Positions 9,956 through 21,426 are shown, counted from the first letter of the stretch. The stretch: DNA of 64,000 nt from Marinobacter sp. (GCA_031580735.1 JAVLAV010000004.1:583-64582); one strand, 5' to 3'. Translations and numbers: made by a program. Notes: a model not told the origin generated them from the sequence alone.

Positions 9956-12556
9956 TCAGGCCGGTTGTGCCTGCATATCCTCGCGCTTTTTACGCCTGAG
10001 CTGACCCCAGGCCAGGAACGCCAGGAGAATCAATGCAGGAATCACCATCAACTCTTTCGGCGGACGGTCTTTTTCGACCTGAACCTTGTCGATAGTCCAG
10101 CCAAAGCCAATACCGACCTGTTCGGCCATACTGCCAAAGTTCACAAAGTCCACCACCATCTGCTCGCCACTGGCAGACAGTTCCAGACCAGCCTCTGCCA
10201 GACGCTGCTCGGGAGTCTCACCAGCTGGCAAGGGTAAACGCAGGAATTTGGACGTTTCGTCGCCATCAATCGACATTCCCGAGGCCTGAACGATAATGGG
10301 CTGGTCGGCCGGGACATCCTCAACATGCTGGTAGATTTCTGTGGCCGGGCGCTCTTCGGTGGGCGGATACACCATATCCCACCAAAAGCCGGGCCGGAAC
10401 AGAGTAAAGGTAATCAGCAGCAACAGGATTGTTTCCCACCAACGGGTTCGGGTAAACCAGAAGCCCTGGGTGGCCGCCGAGAACACCAGCATGGCGATGA
10501 CCGCGCTGACAATGGTCACCAAAAGATCCACCCAGCCGGTCAAGCCAATCAGCAATAACTGGGTATTGAAGATAAACATGAACGGCAGGATGGCGGTACG
10601 GATATCGTAGGTGAAGCCCTGTACACCCGTGCGTATCGGGTCGGCTCCCGAGATGGCTGCTGCCGCATAGGCGGCCAGCCCCACCGGCGGCGTGTCGTCC
10701 GCCAGGATTCCGAAGTAGAACACAAACAGGTGTACAGCAATCAGCGGTACCAGCAGGCCGTTCTCGGCGCCGAGGGTCACGATAACCGGGGCCATCAAGG
10801 TAGAGACCACGATGTAGTTCGCGGTGGTCGGAAGGCCCATACCCAGAATCAGACTGATAACGGCGGTAAAAATCAGCATCAACAGAATGTTGCCGCCGGA
10901 CATCACTTCCACAAACTGGGTCATGACCAGGCCGATGCCGGTCAGGGTAACGGTGCCGACCACAATGCCGGCCGTGGCCGTGGCCACACCGATACCGATC
11001 ATGTTCCGGGCACCGGTGGCCAGCGAGTGGAACAGATCCACAATACCGCCGGTAAACTCAGCCGGCAGCTCTCCATGCTTGCGGAAGAACGCTTTCAGGG
11101 GACGTTGGGTTATCACGATAAAGATCATGAAAGCCGTGGCCCAGAAGGCCGACAGCTGAGGAGAAAAACGCTCGACCGTGAGGCACCATACCAGCACCAC
11201 CACCGGCAGCAGGAAATACAAACCCGATTTCACGGTCGGGCCGACTTCGGGAAGATCCCCCATTTCCTTGGTTGGGTCATCTTCCTCCAATGGCGGGAAA
11301 CGGGTGGCGTACCACACCAGCGCCACATAAGCCACGAGCAACAACGGCCCCAGGATCCACATAGCGGCATCACCAAAGATGTCCTTGGTCCAGCCAATGC
11401 CGTAATAAACAGCGAACGTGAGAGCACTCAGGCCAATCAGCAGGATGACCCAGGTCAGCATCCGCTGAGCCAGTGTCGGCTTGTTCAGGCGTTCAATGCC
11501 CTGCATGTTCAGCTTGCAGGCCTCCAGGTGGACGATGTAGATCAGTGCCACGTAGGAGATCATTGCCGGCAGAATGGCGTGCTTGATCACCTCCAGGTAG
11601 GAGATACCGACATACTCCACCATCAGGAATGCCGCCGCCCCCATGATGGGCGGGGTCAGTTGCCCATTGGTGGAAGCCGCCACTTCTACGGCGCCGGCCT
11701 TGGTGGCCGGAAAGCCCACGCGCTTCATCAGCGGAATAGTAAAGGTGCCCGTGGTCACCACGTTGGCAATGGAAGAGCCGGAAATCACACCACTGAGGCC
11801 GCTGGCGACCACCGCCGCTTTGGCCGGGCCGCCACGCATATGGCCGAGCATGGAGTACGCCATCTTGATGAAGTAATTACCGGCGCCGGCCCGCTCAAGC
11901 AAGGCGCCAAACAGCACGAACAGAAAGACAAAACTGGTCGAGACGCCCAGGGCCACACCAAACACACCCTCGGTACCCAGCCATTGGTGCGAGGCCAGTT
12001 TATTGAAGCTCACGCCTTTGTGAGAAATCACATCCGGCATGTAAGGGCCGGCCAGTGAGTAAGTAATGAAGACCGCCGCAACAATTGTCAGGGGCAGCCC
12101 CAGGGCACGACGGGTTGCTTCCAGCAGCAGCAACAGGCCGCCGAGAGCCACAATCAGATCCTGAGTAATTGGCGCACCAGGTCTGGTCGCCAGTTGGTCG
12201 TAGAAAATAAAGATGTATGAGGCCGAAAACGCAGCCGCCAACGCCAGCACCCAGTCATAGATAGGCACTTTGGTGTCATGCCTCCCCTTTATCATGGGGA
12301 ACGCCGCATAGGCGAGGAAAACGGCAAACGCCAGGTGAATGGAGCGCGCTTCCGTGGAATTAAAAATGCCGAAATTGAAAATGAACGGCAGTGGCGATGC
12401 TATCCACAGCTGAAACAGGGACCAGCACACCGGAACAATAAACAGCAATACAGCCGAGGGGCCGGTCAGCGCCCTGCCTCCGGTTTCTGTCTTTAAAACC
12501 TGCTCTACCCGTGCGGCATCAATATCCGCCCCGGTACCGGAGTCTTTCTTTGCCAT
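9956..12556 (-). CDS. TRAP transporter fused 4TM/12TM permease (TAXI type)
   Basis: GGPAKAAV, SGSSIANVVTTGTFTIPLMK, LGMGLPTTANY, DDTPPVGLAA. Confidence 0.95.
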   Translation of the reverse strand: MAKKDSGTGADIDAARVEQVLKTETGGRALTGPSAVLLFIVPVCWSLFQLWIASPLPFIFNFGIFNSTEARSIHLAFAVFLAYAAFPMIKGRHDTKVPIYDWVLALAAAFSASYIFIFYDQLATRPGAPITQDLIVALGGLLLLLEATRRALGLPLTIVAAVFITYSLAGPYMPDVISHKGVSFNKLASHQWLGTEGVFGVALGVSTSFVFLFVLFGALLERAGAGNYFIKMAYSMLGHMRGGPAKAAVVASGLSGVISGSSIANVVTTGTFTIPLMKRVGFPATKAGAVEVAASTNGQLTPPIMGAAAFLMVEYVGISYLEVIKHAILPAMISYVALIYIVHLEACKLNMQGIERLNKPTLAQRMLTWVILLIGLSALTFAVYYGIGWTKDIFGDAAMWILGPLLLVAYVALVWYATRFPPLEEDDPTKEMGDLPEVGPTVKSGLYFLLPVVVLVWCLTVERFSPQLSAFWATAFMIFIVITQRPLKAFFRKHGELPAEFTGGIVDLFHSLATGARNMIGIGVATATAGIVVGTVTLTGIGLVMTQFVEVMSGGNILLMLIFTAVISLILGMGLPTTANYIVVSTLMAPVIVTLGAENGLLVPLIAVHLFVFYFGILADDTPPVGLAAYAAAAISGADPIRTGVQGFTYDIRTAILPFMFIFNTQLLLIGLTGWVDLLVTIVSAVIAMLVFSAATQGFWFTRTRWWETILLLLITFTLFRPGFWWDMVYPPTEERPATEIYQHVEDVPADQPIIVQASGMSIDGDETSKFLRLPLPAGETPEQRLAEAGLELSASGEQMVVDFVNFGSMAEQVGIGFGWTIDKVQVEKDRPPKELMVIPALILLAFLAWGQLRRKKREDMQAQPA

Positions 12557-12635
12557 GGAAGGTTCCTGTGAAGGGAAATACCTGAATCAGACCAACAGAG
12601 CGGGCATAAAGCCCGCTCTGCTGAAGACTGGCTGA

Positions 12636-13619
12636 TCAGTCGATCAGGCCGGCCTCACGATAGTACTTCTCAGCGCCCGGGTGCAGAGGTGCACTCAGGG
12701 CATCAGAAGCCATTTCTTCTTTCTCAAGGATGCCAAAGGCCGGATGCAGGCGCTTGAAGTTGTCAAAGTTCTCGAACACCGCTTTCACAACCTCATAGAC
12801 CACTTTTTCCGAAACATCGGTGGAAGAAACGAAGGTGGCTGCCACACCGAACGTGGTCACGTCTTCGTCAGAACCACGATACATACCGCCCGGAATAACG
12901 GCCTTGCGATAGTACGGATTCTCTTCGATCAGAGTCTCGGTGACTTCATTATCAACACTTACAATAACACTGTCACAGGAAGTGGTTGCTTCCTTGATGG
13001 CACCGGATGGGTGGCCAACAGTGTAGAAGAAAGCGTCGATATTGCCGTCACACAGGGCCTGGGATTGCTCGGCCGCCTTGATTTCAGCTGCCAGGGAGAA
13101 TTTGTCCAGGGTCCAGCCCATCTCGTCCATCAACACTTCAGCGGTGGCGCGCTGACCAGAACCCGGGTTACCGACGGATACCCGCTTGCCTTCCAGGTCT
13201 TCAAAAGTCTTGATGCCGGACTCTTTGCTGGCAACAACGGTGAACGGCTCCGGGTGCAGTGAGAACACCGCGCGCAGCTTCTCATTGGCGCCATCATCTT
13301 CAAACTGACTGGTGCCGTTGTAGGCGTGGTACTGCCAGTCTGACTGGGCAACCGCCAGATCCAGCTCACCCTCGCGAATAGAGTTCAGGTTGTATACAGA
13401 GCCGCCGGTGCTCTCTACCGAGCAGCGGATACCATGCTCTTTACGGTCCATGTTGACCAGACGACAGATAGCGCCGCCCGCTGGGTAATAAACGCCGGTA
13501 ACACCACCGGTACCAATTGTCACGAACTGCTGCTCCTGCGCGGAAACCGAAGTCGAGGCAGCGCCCAGGCTCACGGCTGCAGCAATAGCACAAGCAGAGG
13601 CTTTAAGTTTCAGTGTCAT
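12636..13619 (-). CDS. TAXI family TRAP solute-binding protein (start refined to MTLKLK)
   Basis: Signal peptide, [40 protein letters not shown]. Confidence 0.95.
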   Translation of the reverse strand: MTLKLKASACAIAAAVSLGAASTSVSAQEQQFVTIGTGGVTGVYYPAGGAICRLVNMDRKEHGIRCSVESTGGSVYNLNSIREGELDLAVAQSDWQYHAYNGTSQFEDDGANEKLRAVFSLHPEPFTVVASKESGIKTFEDLEGKRVSVGNPGSGQRATAEVLMDEMGWTLDKFSLAAEIKAAEQSQALCDGNIDAFFYTVGHPSGAIKEATTSCDSVIVSVDNEVTETLIEENPYYRKAVIPGGMYRGSDEDVTTFGVAATFVSSTDVSEKVVYEVVKAVFENFDNFKRLHPAFGILEKEEMASDALSAPLHPGAEKYYREAGLID

Positions 13620-13764
13620 GTGTGCTCTTCCTTTTTTTTGGTCATTATCGTTGAGTGCCCACACCAGAATCTGCGGACAAACATCCGTTCCGCTCTAAAA
13701 CATAGAACACTTCAGGCCATAAATAAAGCGAGGAAGTAGCACGCTAACCAACTGACCTGACAAC

Positions 13765-13788
13765 AAAAAAGCCCGAGCAACGGGCTTT
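13765..13788 (-). terminator. Intrinsic terminator after the RND/MMPL gene
   Basis: AAAAAA-GCCCG-agcaa-CGGGC-TTT. Confidence 0.65.
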
Positions 13789-13805
13789 CGATGAAATGCC
13801 CTCCA

Positions 13806-16193
13806 TCAGGACCCGGCTGCCAGCGCTTTCGCCCGCATCGCCTCCGGGCGCAGCAGGAAGCGCGCCAGAGCCGGTAACAGCCAGATGGCACCCACCATAT
13901 TCCATAGGAACATGAAGAACAGCAGGAAGCCCATATCGGCCTGGAACTTGATTGGCGAGAATATCCAGGTCACCACGCCGATACCCAGGGTTATCCCGGT
14001 GAAAATCACCGCCTTACCGGTGGAGCGCAGGGTTTCATAATAGGCATCCTCAAGCGACATCCCTTCCAGCAGATACCTCTCCAGCTTGCTGTAGATATAG
14101 ATGCCATAATCCACACCAATGCCCACACCAAGAGCAATCACCGGCAAGGTAGCCACCTTGATGCCAATACCGGACACCGCCATGATCGCCTCGCACAGAA
14201 TGGAGGTCAGCCCCAGCGGAATCACGATGCACGCCACCGCCCGGATCGATCGGAAGGTCAAAAAGCACAGGATGCTGACCACGCTGTACACCAGCAACAG
14301 CATGATATTTTTGGCGTTGGAGATCACTTCATTCGTGGCCGCCTCGATACCGGCGTTGCCCGCCGCCAGCAGGAACGTATGCTCGTTATTACTGTGGTTG
14401 CCGGCGAACTGCTCTACCCGATCAACCACGGTCTGCAGAGTCTCGGCCTTGTGATCTTCCAGAAACACCAGCACCGGCGTCAGATCACAGTTGGTATTGA
14501 TCAGCCCCGCCGGGGCATCCCGGATCGACGCATTGATGATGGTCTGGTTGCGGGACAGCTCGTACCACTTCCAGTTACCTTCATTCAGTGCCTTGGTCAC
14601 CGCTTTCGAGACATTCGCCAGCGACGCCGAGCTCTGCACGCCGGGCGTATTCTGTAACTCCCACTGCAGCGTGTCCATGGCCCGCAAGACACTGTATTGA
14701 GTGCATTGCTCTTCCGGCGTTTTCACCATCACCACCAGCACATCGGCGCTGGTTGAGTAATTGTTGATGATATACGCATTGTCCTGGTTGTAGCGGGAAT
14801 CCTGACGCAGCTCCGGCGCCCCCTGATCCAGATCTCCCACCTTCAGATCCTGTTTGAAATACAGGCCCGCACCCAGACCGATGGCGGCAATCAACAGGGA
14901 AACCGGGGCCACAGAGGGGCTGGCCAGACGGGACAATAAACGCCACTTTCTATCCTGCTTGTCGCCATGATTCTGCACGTGGCGTACCCCGCCTTTGGAG
15001 ATGCCCACATACGACATGATCAGCACATGCAGAACCAGGTTGGTGATAATCACGAAGGCCACGCCCAGACCGGCAGCAACCGCCAGGTCACGAATGACAT
15101 CAATGTCGATAAACACCAGAGTGAGGAAGCCAAAGGCATCGGAGATCAATGCCAGCATGCCGGGAATATACAGAGCCCGGAATGCCAGCCGGGCAGCATT
15201 TTCGGCATCAAACCCTCTGGCCGCCTCAACCGCCATGGCGTTGACGATCTGCACCCCATGGCTGATACCGATGGCAAACACCAGAAAAGGAACCAGAACC
15301 GAATAAGGATCCAGCCCATAACCCAGCAGCCTCAGGGTGCCCAACTGCCAGAACACCGCAATAATGGACGTAAGAACCGGTACCAGCGTTCCGGTGATAC
15401 AGCGGGAGTACCAGAACAACAACAGGGTGGTCAGCAGAACGGTGATGCCGGCAAACCAGGCAATGGAACCGATGCCCTCAATCAGGTCTCCCACCTTCTT
15501 GGCAAATCCGACGATGTGAATCTCTACATTCGGGTTCTGCGCCTGGTATTTATCCCGGATCTGCTCTTCCAGCTGACGGGAAAATTCCGCGTAATCCAGC
15601 GCTTCACCGGTGTCCGGATTCTTTTCATACAGGGGCGCGTAAACAATGGTGGACCGAAAATTGTCCGACACCAGCCGCCCCACTTCGCTGGAGCGCAGAA
15701 CGTTCTGGCGCAGCTGCTCCAGGCTATCGCGGGAACCGTCGTAGTTATCCGGTATAACAGTGCCACCCTGAAAGCCCTGCTCAGTTACTTCCACCCAGCG
15801 CACGTTGGACGTCCACAGGGATTTCAGCCCGGAGCGATCAACACCACTGAGATAAAAGACTTCATCAGTAATCTGTTTGAGGGTTTCCATGTAATCGGCG
15901 GTAAAAATATCGCCTTCTTCAACAGCCACCGCGATCCGGACAAAGTTGCCCAGATTATCCAGATCGTCTCTGTGATCGATCATGTTCTCGATGTACGGAT
16001 GTTCCAGCGGAATCATCCGTTCGAAACTGGCATCGGGCTGAATCTTGATCGCGTTGTAGCCCAGGAACACCGTCAATATCAGGAACGCGATCAGGATCAA
16101 CGCCCGATTGTTGAATATCAGGCGCTCCAGAAACGGTTCTGCTTTCGGTGTGGTCAGGTAATGTTCACCCCTGTCATGCATCGGGTCAGACAT
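13806..16193 (-). CDS. RND superfamily / MMPL-type transporter
   Basis: Two TM repeats each with a periplasmic domain; AIGISHGVQ and GIGVDYGIY motifs. Confidence 0.9.
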   Translation of the reverse strand: MSDPMHDRGEHYLTTPKAEPFLERLIFNNRALILIAFLILTVFLGYNAIKIQPDASFERMIPLEHPYIENMIDHRDDLDNLGNFVRIAVAVEEGDIFTADYMETLKQITDEVFYLSGVDRSGLKSLWTSNVRWVEVTEQGFQGGTVIPDNYDGSRDSLEQLRQNVLRSSEVGRLVSDNFRSTIVYAPLYEKNPDTGEALDYAEFSRQLEEQIRDKYQAQNPNVEIHIVGFAKKVGDLIEGIGSIAWFAGITVLLTTLLLFWYSRCITGTLVPVLTSIIAVFWQLGTLRLLGYGLDPYSVLVPFLVFAIGISHGVQIVNAMAVEAARGFDAENAARLAFRALYIPGMLALISDAFGFLTLVFIDIDVIRDLAVAAGLGVAFVIITNLVLHVLIMSYVGISKGGVRHVQNHGDKQDRKWRLLSRLASPSVAPVSLLIAAIGLGAGLYFKQDLKVGDLDQGAPELRQDSRYNQDNAYIINNYSTSADVLVVMVKTPEEQCTQYSVLRAMDTLQWELQNTPGVQSSASLANVSKAVTKALNEGNWKWYELSRNQTIINASIRDAPAGLINTNCDLTPVLVFLEDHKAETLQTVVDRVEQFAGNHSNNEHTFLLAAGNAGIEAATNEVISNAKNIMLLLVYSVVSILCFLTFRSIRAVACIVIPLGLTSILCEAIMAVSGIGIKVATLPVIALGVGIGVDYGIYIYSKLERYLLEGMSLEDAYYETLRSTGKAVIFTGITLGIGVVTWIFSPIKFQADMGFLLFFMFLWNMVGAIWLLPALARFLLRPEAMRAKALAAGS

Positions 16194-16241
16194 GCAAAAA
16201 TCCCTCTACTACATTTAAGCGTTATTGCCGCCACAGGGGCG

Positions 16242-17390
16242 TTAATCCAGATTCCGGCCGCGAGCATCGGTGGTTTCCACACCGCCCTCACCAAACAGCA
16301 ACAGATTGCTCTCAGCCAGCGGCACGACCGCCATAATGCCGTCCCGATCACTGCGGAAATGGGCCTGAAAATTCCTGCCGTCGTCATTGCTGTACAACAC
16401 AGCGCCGCCATTACCCACCAGCGTGACACGCCCATCTTCGGCAACGGCACCCCGATTCAGCGTTGAATTGCCTGCATTCGGCACGGTTTCCCAGCTCTGA
16501 CCCAGATCACTGGAAATCAGGGTGTTACCTCGAAGACCGAACACCAGCATCTCGCCTTCTTCACCGGTACCGCTGACACCGAAGAGAGAACCGGAGTAGG
16601 GGCTTTCCCGCTTTTCCCAGGTATTGCCGTTGTCTTCAGATACATGAATCTGCCCGGACTCGCCGGCAATAACCAGAGCACCGCCGGCAATGCGTGTGAT
16701 GGCGTTATAATGCAGGTTCCAGTCGTTATCGAGCTGTGGCGACCAGTCCTGCCAGCTGTCTCCGCCATCGAACGTGCGGAAAATCATGCCGTAAGCACCC
16801 ACCACAAAACCGTGTTGGGCGTTTTCAAACCAGACATCCAGGAACGGGTTTACCGGGCCGACCTCCAGATCCGCCTCGGTATTCTCGAGTGCGAAATACA
16901 GATCATCCAGCGCCCACTCAAGATCCGGGACGTCCTCCTCGGGAGCTTGTTCGATCCGCTCTTCCATATCGGCAATCTGCTGCTGCTTTGTTTCGATAAT
17001 CAGCCTCCCCGCCTGCATGCCGTCCAGCTGCAACTGCCAGCTTTCACCGGCGTCGGAAGACTGCAAAACTGCGCCACTGTGACCTACGGCCCAGCCGTAC
17101 TGGTCAGTTCCGAAATCAAGCGCAGTCAGGGTGACCGAAACGGGCACGTCGGCCTGATTCCAGGAAGTGCCCTCATCGTCGGAGTAAATCACGTGACCCC
17201 GCTCACCAACGGCGACAATCCGGTCGTCGATCCGAGTGGCATCGGTCAGCAGGGACTCAGGAGCAAGGTCGGTATCGCGCGCGGGGGTTTCCAGAACGTC
17301 TGAAACCGCGTACGCCATCGGAGCGGCCAGTGTTATGGCCAGGCCGAAACAGGCATATCCCGGGGAATTGCACAGGAAACTTCTAACCAT
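16242..17390 (-). CDS. YCF48-like / BNR (Asp-box) repeat periplasmic protein
   Basis: Repeated SxDxGxxW boxes (SDDEGTSW, SSDAGESW, TFDGGDSW, SEDNGNTW); signal peptide. Confidence 0.88.
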   Translation of the reverse strand: MVRSFLCNSPGYACFGLAITLAAPMAYAVSDVLETPARDTDLAPESLLTDATRIDDRIVAVGERGHVIYSDDEGTSWNQADVPVSVTLTALDFGTDQYGWAVGHSGAVLQSSDAGESWQLQLDGMQAGRLIIETKQQQIADMEERIEQAPEEDVPDLEWALDDLYFALENTEADLEVGPVNPFLDVWFENAQHGFVVGAYGMIFRTFDGGDSWQDWSPQLDNDWNLHYNAITRIAGGALVIAGESGQIHVSEDNGNTWEKRESPYSGSLFGVSGTGEEGEMLVFGLRGNTLISSDLGQSWETVPNAGNSTLNRGAVAEDGRVTLVGNGGAVLYSNDDGRNFQAHFRSDRDGIMAVVPLAESNLLLFGEGGVETTDARGRNLD

Positions 17391-17594
17391 TCAGATCGCC
17401 TTTATTCTGTTTATTTAGTGACGTACCTGCCGGAATTTTTATTGGGTGTTAGCGGGCAGGATCGGAGATGGCATCCACATTCAGATTAGCCAACCAGCGA
17501 ATATTGTCTATCGACCGAAAGTGCGATTCTGGTTCCGGCCACGCCGAAGCGGGGCGTGCGTGGCCGGTATTCTGGTTCTGGTGTCAGCCCGGCT

Positions 17595-20237
17595 TCAGTC
17601 TGCCAGGCTCTTGTGCACCACCTCGTAAACATCCCGGGACAAATTATCTTTGTCCCGAACGCTTTGAAGCGCCTGTTTCATTTGCTCACGATATACCGGC
17701 GCAAACTTCCGCCAGCGGGTCAGCGGGCTGACCAGCCGAGCGGCAATCTGCGGATTGCTGTCATCAAGCCGGCGAACCACATCAGCCAGAAACTCATAGC
17801 CACTGCCATCCGGATTGTGGAAGGCCGGGAGGTTCTGGCCGGCAAAGGCACCCACCACCGACCGCACCTTGTTCGGGTTTTTCCAGTCAAAGGCCGGGTG
17901 CGCCAACAGATGGTGGATATGCGGCAACTGACCAGTCTTGTCGCTGGCAGCCTGCACCGAGAACCACATTTCAACCACTTGCGGATCGTTCCGGAACTGC
18001 TCGTAAAACGCGTCCAGCGCCTGGGTGCGTTCTTTGTCAAAGCCGGAATTCACCAGGGCACTCAGTGCGCCAAGGCGGTCAGTCATGTTATCGGCTTCCC
18101 GGAACTGACGGTTCGCCAACGCCAGGGCCTCTTCATCGTTAATATACAGCAACCATGCCAGCGCGGTGTTCGCCAGGCTGCGGCGGGCAATGGCTTCAGG
18201 CGTCAGTTCGTACGTGCCGGCCTGCTGGTTGCGCTGATAGCACGCCACCAACTCGTCCCGCAGGGAACCGGCCAGATGCCGGAGAACCCGTTCACGGGCA
18301 TGGTGTATGGCCGGAACGTCGGCATCCTCAGACAGCTCCACCAGGTAAGCTTCCGACGGCAGCCGCAGCATTTTCGCCACCAACGCCTGATCCAGCGAAT
18401 CATTTTCAAGCAGTGTGCGATAGGCCTGTACCAGCCGCGGCTCAATCTCCGTGTCATCTTCCTGTCCGATCAGCGATTGAATCACATCCACTGCCAGACG
18501 CTGGCCGGCATCCCAACGGTTGAATCCGTCCGGGTCGTGGCTCATCAGGAACAACAGCTGCTCTCGTGTCCAGGGATAATGCACCCGTACCGGCGCCGAA
18601 AAACCGCGGAGCAGCGACGGTACCGGCTGCTGGTCAACACCGTGGAATTCAAACTGTTGCTCGGCCTCAGTGATTTCCAGCACCCGCTCAGCAGGGCCGC
18701 CTTGCTCTGACGCAGTCAGGTTCAGAGGCAGCGACTCGCCATTCTTGTCCAACAGGCCGATGGCAAAGGGAATATGCTGAGGTTTCTTGTTGGTCTGCCC
18801 CGGGGTATCCGGAATGGACTGGCGAATGGTCAGGCGATAAACGCCCTGCTCCGCGTCGTATTCATCTTCCACGGCCAGCACCGGCGTACCGGCCTGTTCA
18901 TACCACAAACGGAACTGGGTCAGATCCCGGCCGGAGGCGTCTTCCATGGCTTTGACAAAGTCATCGGTGGTTACCGCCTGGCCATCATGACGCTCGAAAT
19001 ACAGATCACTGCCTTTGCGGAACAGCTCTGGGCCCAGAAGGTTGTGAATCATGCGCACCACTTCTTCGCCCTTTTCATAAATGGTCAGGGTATAGAAGTT
19101 GGTGATTTCCATATAGGACGCAGGGCGAACCGGATGCGCCATGGGGCCGGCGTCTTCAGCAAACTGGGCGGTACGCAGCAGGGTGGCATCTTCAATGCGC
19201 TTGACCGTGGGTGAGCCTGCATCGGCCGAGAACTGGGCATCCCGGAACACGGTAAAGCCTTCTTTCAGGCTCAACTGGAACCAGTCGCGGCAGGTTACCC
19301 GGTTGCCGGACCAGTTATGGAAATACTCATGGGCGACAATTGCCTCGATGCGCTGGAAAGCGGCATCGGTGGCGGTGTCCTGGCTGGCCAGCACGCACGA
19401 GGAGTTGAAGATGTTCAGGCCCTTGTTTTCCATGGCCCCCATGTTGAAATCATCCACGGCGACGATCATGAAGATATCCAGATCGTATTCCCGGCCATAG
19501 ACCTCTTCATCCCAGCGCATGGCGCGTTTGAGCGAATCCATGGCGAAGTCGCACTTCTCGGCATTGCGGGGCTCTACGTACATGCGCAGGTCAATCTCGC
19601 GCCCGGAACAGGTGGTAAAGCTGTCGCGTTTTTCCACCAGGTCACCGGCCACCAGGGCAAACAGGTACGCCGGCTTGGGGAAAGGGTCTTCCCAGGTGAC
19701 AAAGTGACGGCCGTCCGCCAGTTCGCCCTGCTCCACCGGGTTACCGTTGGACAGCAGCACCGGATAAGCCTTCTTGTCGGCTTCGATACGGGTGCGGAAG
19801 CGCGCCATCACATCCGGGCGGTCCGGGTAATAGGTGATGCAACGGAAACCTTCAGCCTCGCACTGGGTGCAGAACATGCCGGAGGATTTATACAGGCCTT
19901 CCAACCGGGTGTTGTTCTGGGGTTCAATCCAGGTGACTACCGACAACTCGAATTGCTCCGGTACCCCCGGGACAATCAACTTGTCGCCGGAGTCTTCATA
20001 GGCGCCGGCTTCCAGCGTCTTGCCATTCAGTGCCACGGACTCCAGCGTCAGGCTGTCGCCATCCAGCTCCAGTGGCTTTCCAGCCTCGGCAGACTCAGGA
20101 TTACGCCGCACAGTCAGGGTGCTGCACACCCGGGCGCCGTCTTCGAACAATTCGAAACGAAGATCAATATGGTCAACCAGATACGCCGGCACCTGATATT
20201 CGCTCAGGTAAATAGTTTGTGGCTGATTGGTTCGCAT
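17595..20237 (-). CDS. pepN: Aminopeptidase N
   Basis: GAMEN, HEYFH-x18-E zinc motif, DDSNPQIAARL. Confidence 0.97.
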   Translation of the reverse strand: MRTNQPQTIYLSEYQVPAYLVDHIDLRFELFEDGARVCSTLTVRRNPESAEAGKPLELDGDSLTLESVALNGKTLEAGAYEDSGDKLIVPGVPEQFELSVVTWIEPQNNTRLEGLYKSSGMFCTQCEAEGFRCITYYPDRPDVMARFRTRIEADKKAYPVLLSNGNPVEQGELADGRHFVTWEDPFPKPAYLFALVAGDLVEKRDSFTTCSGREIDLRMYVEPRNAEKCDFAMDSLKRAMRWDEEVYGREYDLDIFMIVAVDDFNMGAMENKGLNIFNSSCVLASQDTATDAAFQRIEAIVAHEYFHNWSGNRVTCRDWFQLSLKEGFTVFRDAQFSADAGSPTVKRIEDATLLRTAQFAEDAGPMAHPVRPASYMEITNFYTLTIYEKGEEVVRMIHNLLGPELFRKGSDLYFERHDGQAVTTDDFVKAMEDASGRDLTQFRLWYEQAGTPVLAVEDEYDAEQGVYRLTIRQSIPDTPGQTNKKPQHIPFAIGLLDKNGESLPLNLTASEQGGPAERVLEITEAEQQFEFHGVDQQPVPSLLRGFSAPVRVHYPWTREQLLFLMSHDPDGFNRWDAGQRLAVDVIQSLIGQEDDTEIEPRLVQAYRTLLENDSLDQALVAKMLRLPSEAYLVELSEDADVPAIHHARERVLRHLAGSLRDELVACYQRNQQAGTYELTPEAIARRSLANTALAWLLYINDEEALALANRQFREADNMTDRLGALSALVNSGFDKERTQALDAFYEQFRNDPQVVEMWFSVQAASDKTGQLPHIHHLLAHPAFDWKNPNKVRSVVGAFAGQNLPAFHNPDGSGYEFLADVVRRLDDSNPQIAARLVSPLTRWRKFAPVYREQMKQALQSVRDKDNLSRDVYEVVHKSLAD

Positions 20238-20302
20238 TCATATTCTCCAGATAAACAAGATGGCCAGATTAAAAAGACGGCCAGATAAACAGATGACCGG
20301 GT

Positions 20303-21139
20303 TCAGTCGAGCACCCGGAACCGGACTTCATAGCCGGTAAATTTACGGATGTTGATCACCCCGGTATCGAGAATCAGGTACTGGCCCTTGATGCCTTCCA
20401 GCTCACCTTCGACTTCCGGGGTTTTGTCCAGGTTGTGGCTGGTCACTTTCGACGGCCACACCTGCACGGGATAACTGAGCGCCTGTGGACTTTCATCGAC
20501 CACCCGCAAGCTGTTTTCGCCATGCTCCTCGCGGAGACGGTCCAGATCCTCTTCGATCAGGCCCAGGATTCTCTCGCGCTCTTCGCCCAGGTTCAGCTCC
20601 GGCACGTCGCCCTTGAGCATCGCCCGCCAGTTTGTCCGGTCTGCCACGTGTTGCTTGCAGGCCACTTCCGCCAGGCCGGCCAGATACCGGGTGGCTACCC
20701 GCAACATGGGAATGGCGTCTACCGCGCCCTGGTCAATCCAGCGGGTTGGCACCTGGGTGCCACGGGTAATCCCCACTTTCAGGCCACTGGAATTGGCCAG
20801 ATACACCACGTGTTCAACCATGCAGTTGCGCTCACCCCACTCGGGCTCCCGGCAGGTGCCCAGATGAAAGTGACATTTTTCCGGGCTCATAATGCAGCTG
20901 TCGCAGGCCGCCAGCTTACGAAAACACGGATAACAATAGCCCTGGCTGAAACTCTTTTTGGTGGCGCGGTCACAGTTTATACAGCGGATTACCCCGCCGA
21001 AGTCCAGCCGCACCCGGCGACCGATCAGGTCATTCACCGGAATACGGACGTCTCCAACCGCCAGCCGGTAGCTCACGGGGCTTTCCGCATCGGCCGGCAT
21101 TTTGCGCAGCCGGCCTGTTACATCAATCGGTTCGCTCAA
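20303..21139 (-). CDS. DUF2797 family Cys-rich protein
   Basis: CINC...QGYCYPC...CDSC, HVVYLANSSGLKVGIT, TRWIDQGA, GIKGQYL. Confidence 0.85.
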   Translation of the reverse strand: MSEPIDVTGRLRKMPADAESPVSYRLAVGDVRIPVNDLIGRRVRLDFGGVIRCINCDRATKKSFSQGYCYPCFRKLAACDSCIMSPEKCHFHLGTCREPEWGERNCMVEHVVYLANSSGLKVGITRGTQVPTRWIDQGAVDAIPMLRVATRYLAGLAEVACKQHVADRTNWRAMLKGDVPELNLGEERERILGLIEEDLDRLREEHGENSLRVVDESPQALSYPVQVWPSKVTSHNLDKTPEVEGELEGIKGQYLILDTGVINIRKFTGYEVRFRVLD

Positions 21140-21426
21140 ACCTTGACCTCGGTAAACTGATCCGAGGCGCCATTCTGCTTTTTCTTGCCCAGATCAACCG
21201 TGGGGTCGCAGGCGGTGCCGGCTTTTTCGCCACGGTCGATGAAGCCCACCCGTTCTTCTTCAGGAATGTCGTGCTTGTTTTCGTAGTAAATCACCGCCTG
21301 CAGACTGATTTCCCGTTGCTCCGGGGTCAGTTTCCGGCCATCCGGCCATTTACCCAGCTCAATGGAGCGTTTGAGATTCTGATAAACCGTCGGATCCAGC
21401 CGCTCAATCACTTCTTCGTAGGTCAT
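21136..21426 (-). CDS. YeaC / DUF1315 family protein (start refined to MTYEEV)
   Basis: YQNLKRSIELGKWPDGRKLTPEQ; RBS AGGAGG upstream. Confidence 0.85.
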   Translation of the reverse strand: MTYEEVIERLDPTVYQNLKRSIELGKWPDGRKLTPEQREISLQAVIYYENKHDIPEEERVGFIDRGEKAGTACDPTVDLGKKKQNGASDQFTEVKV

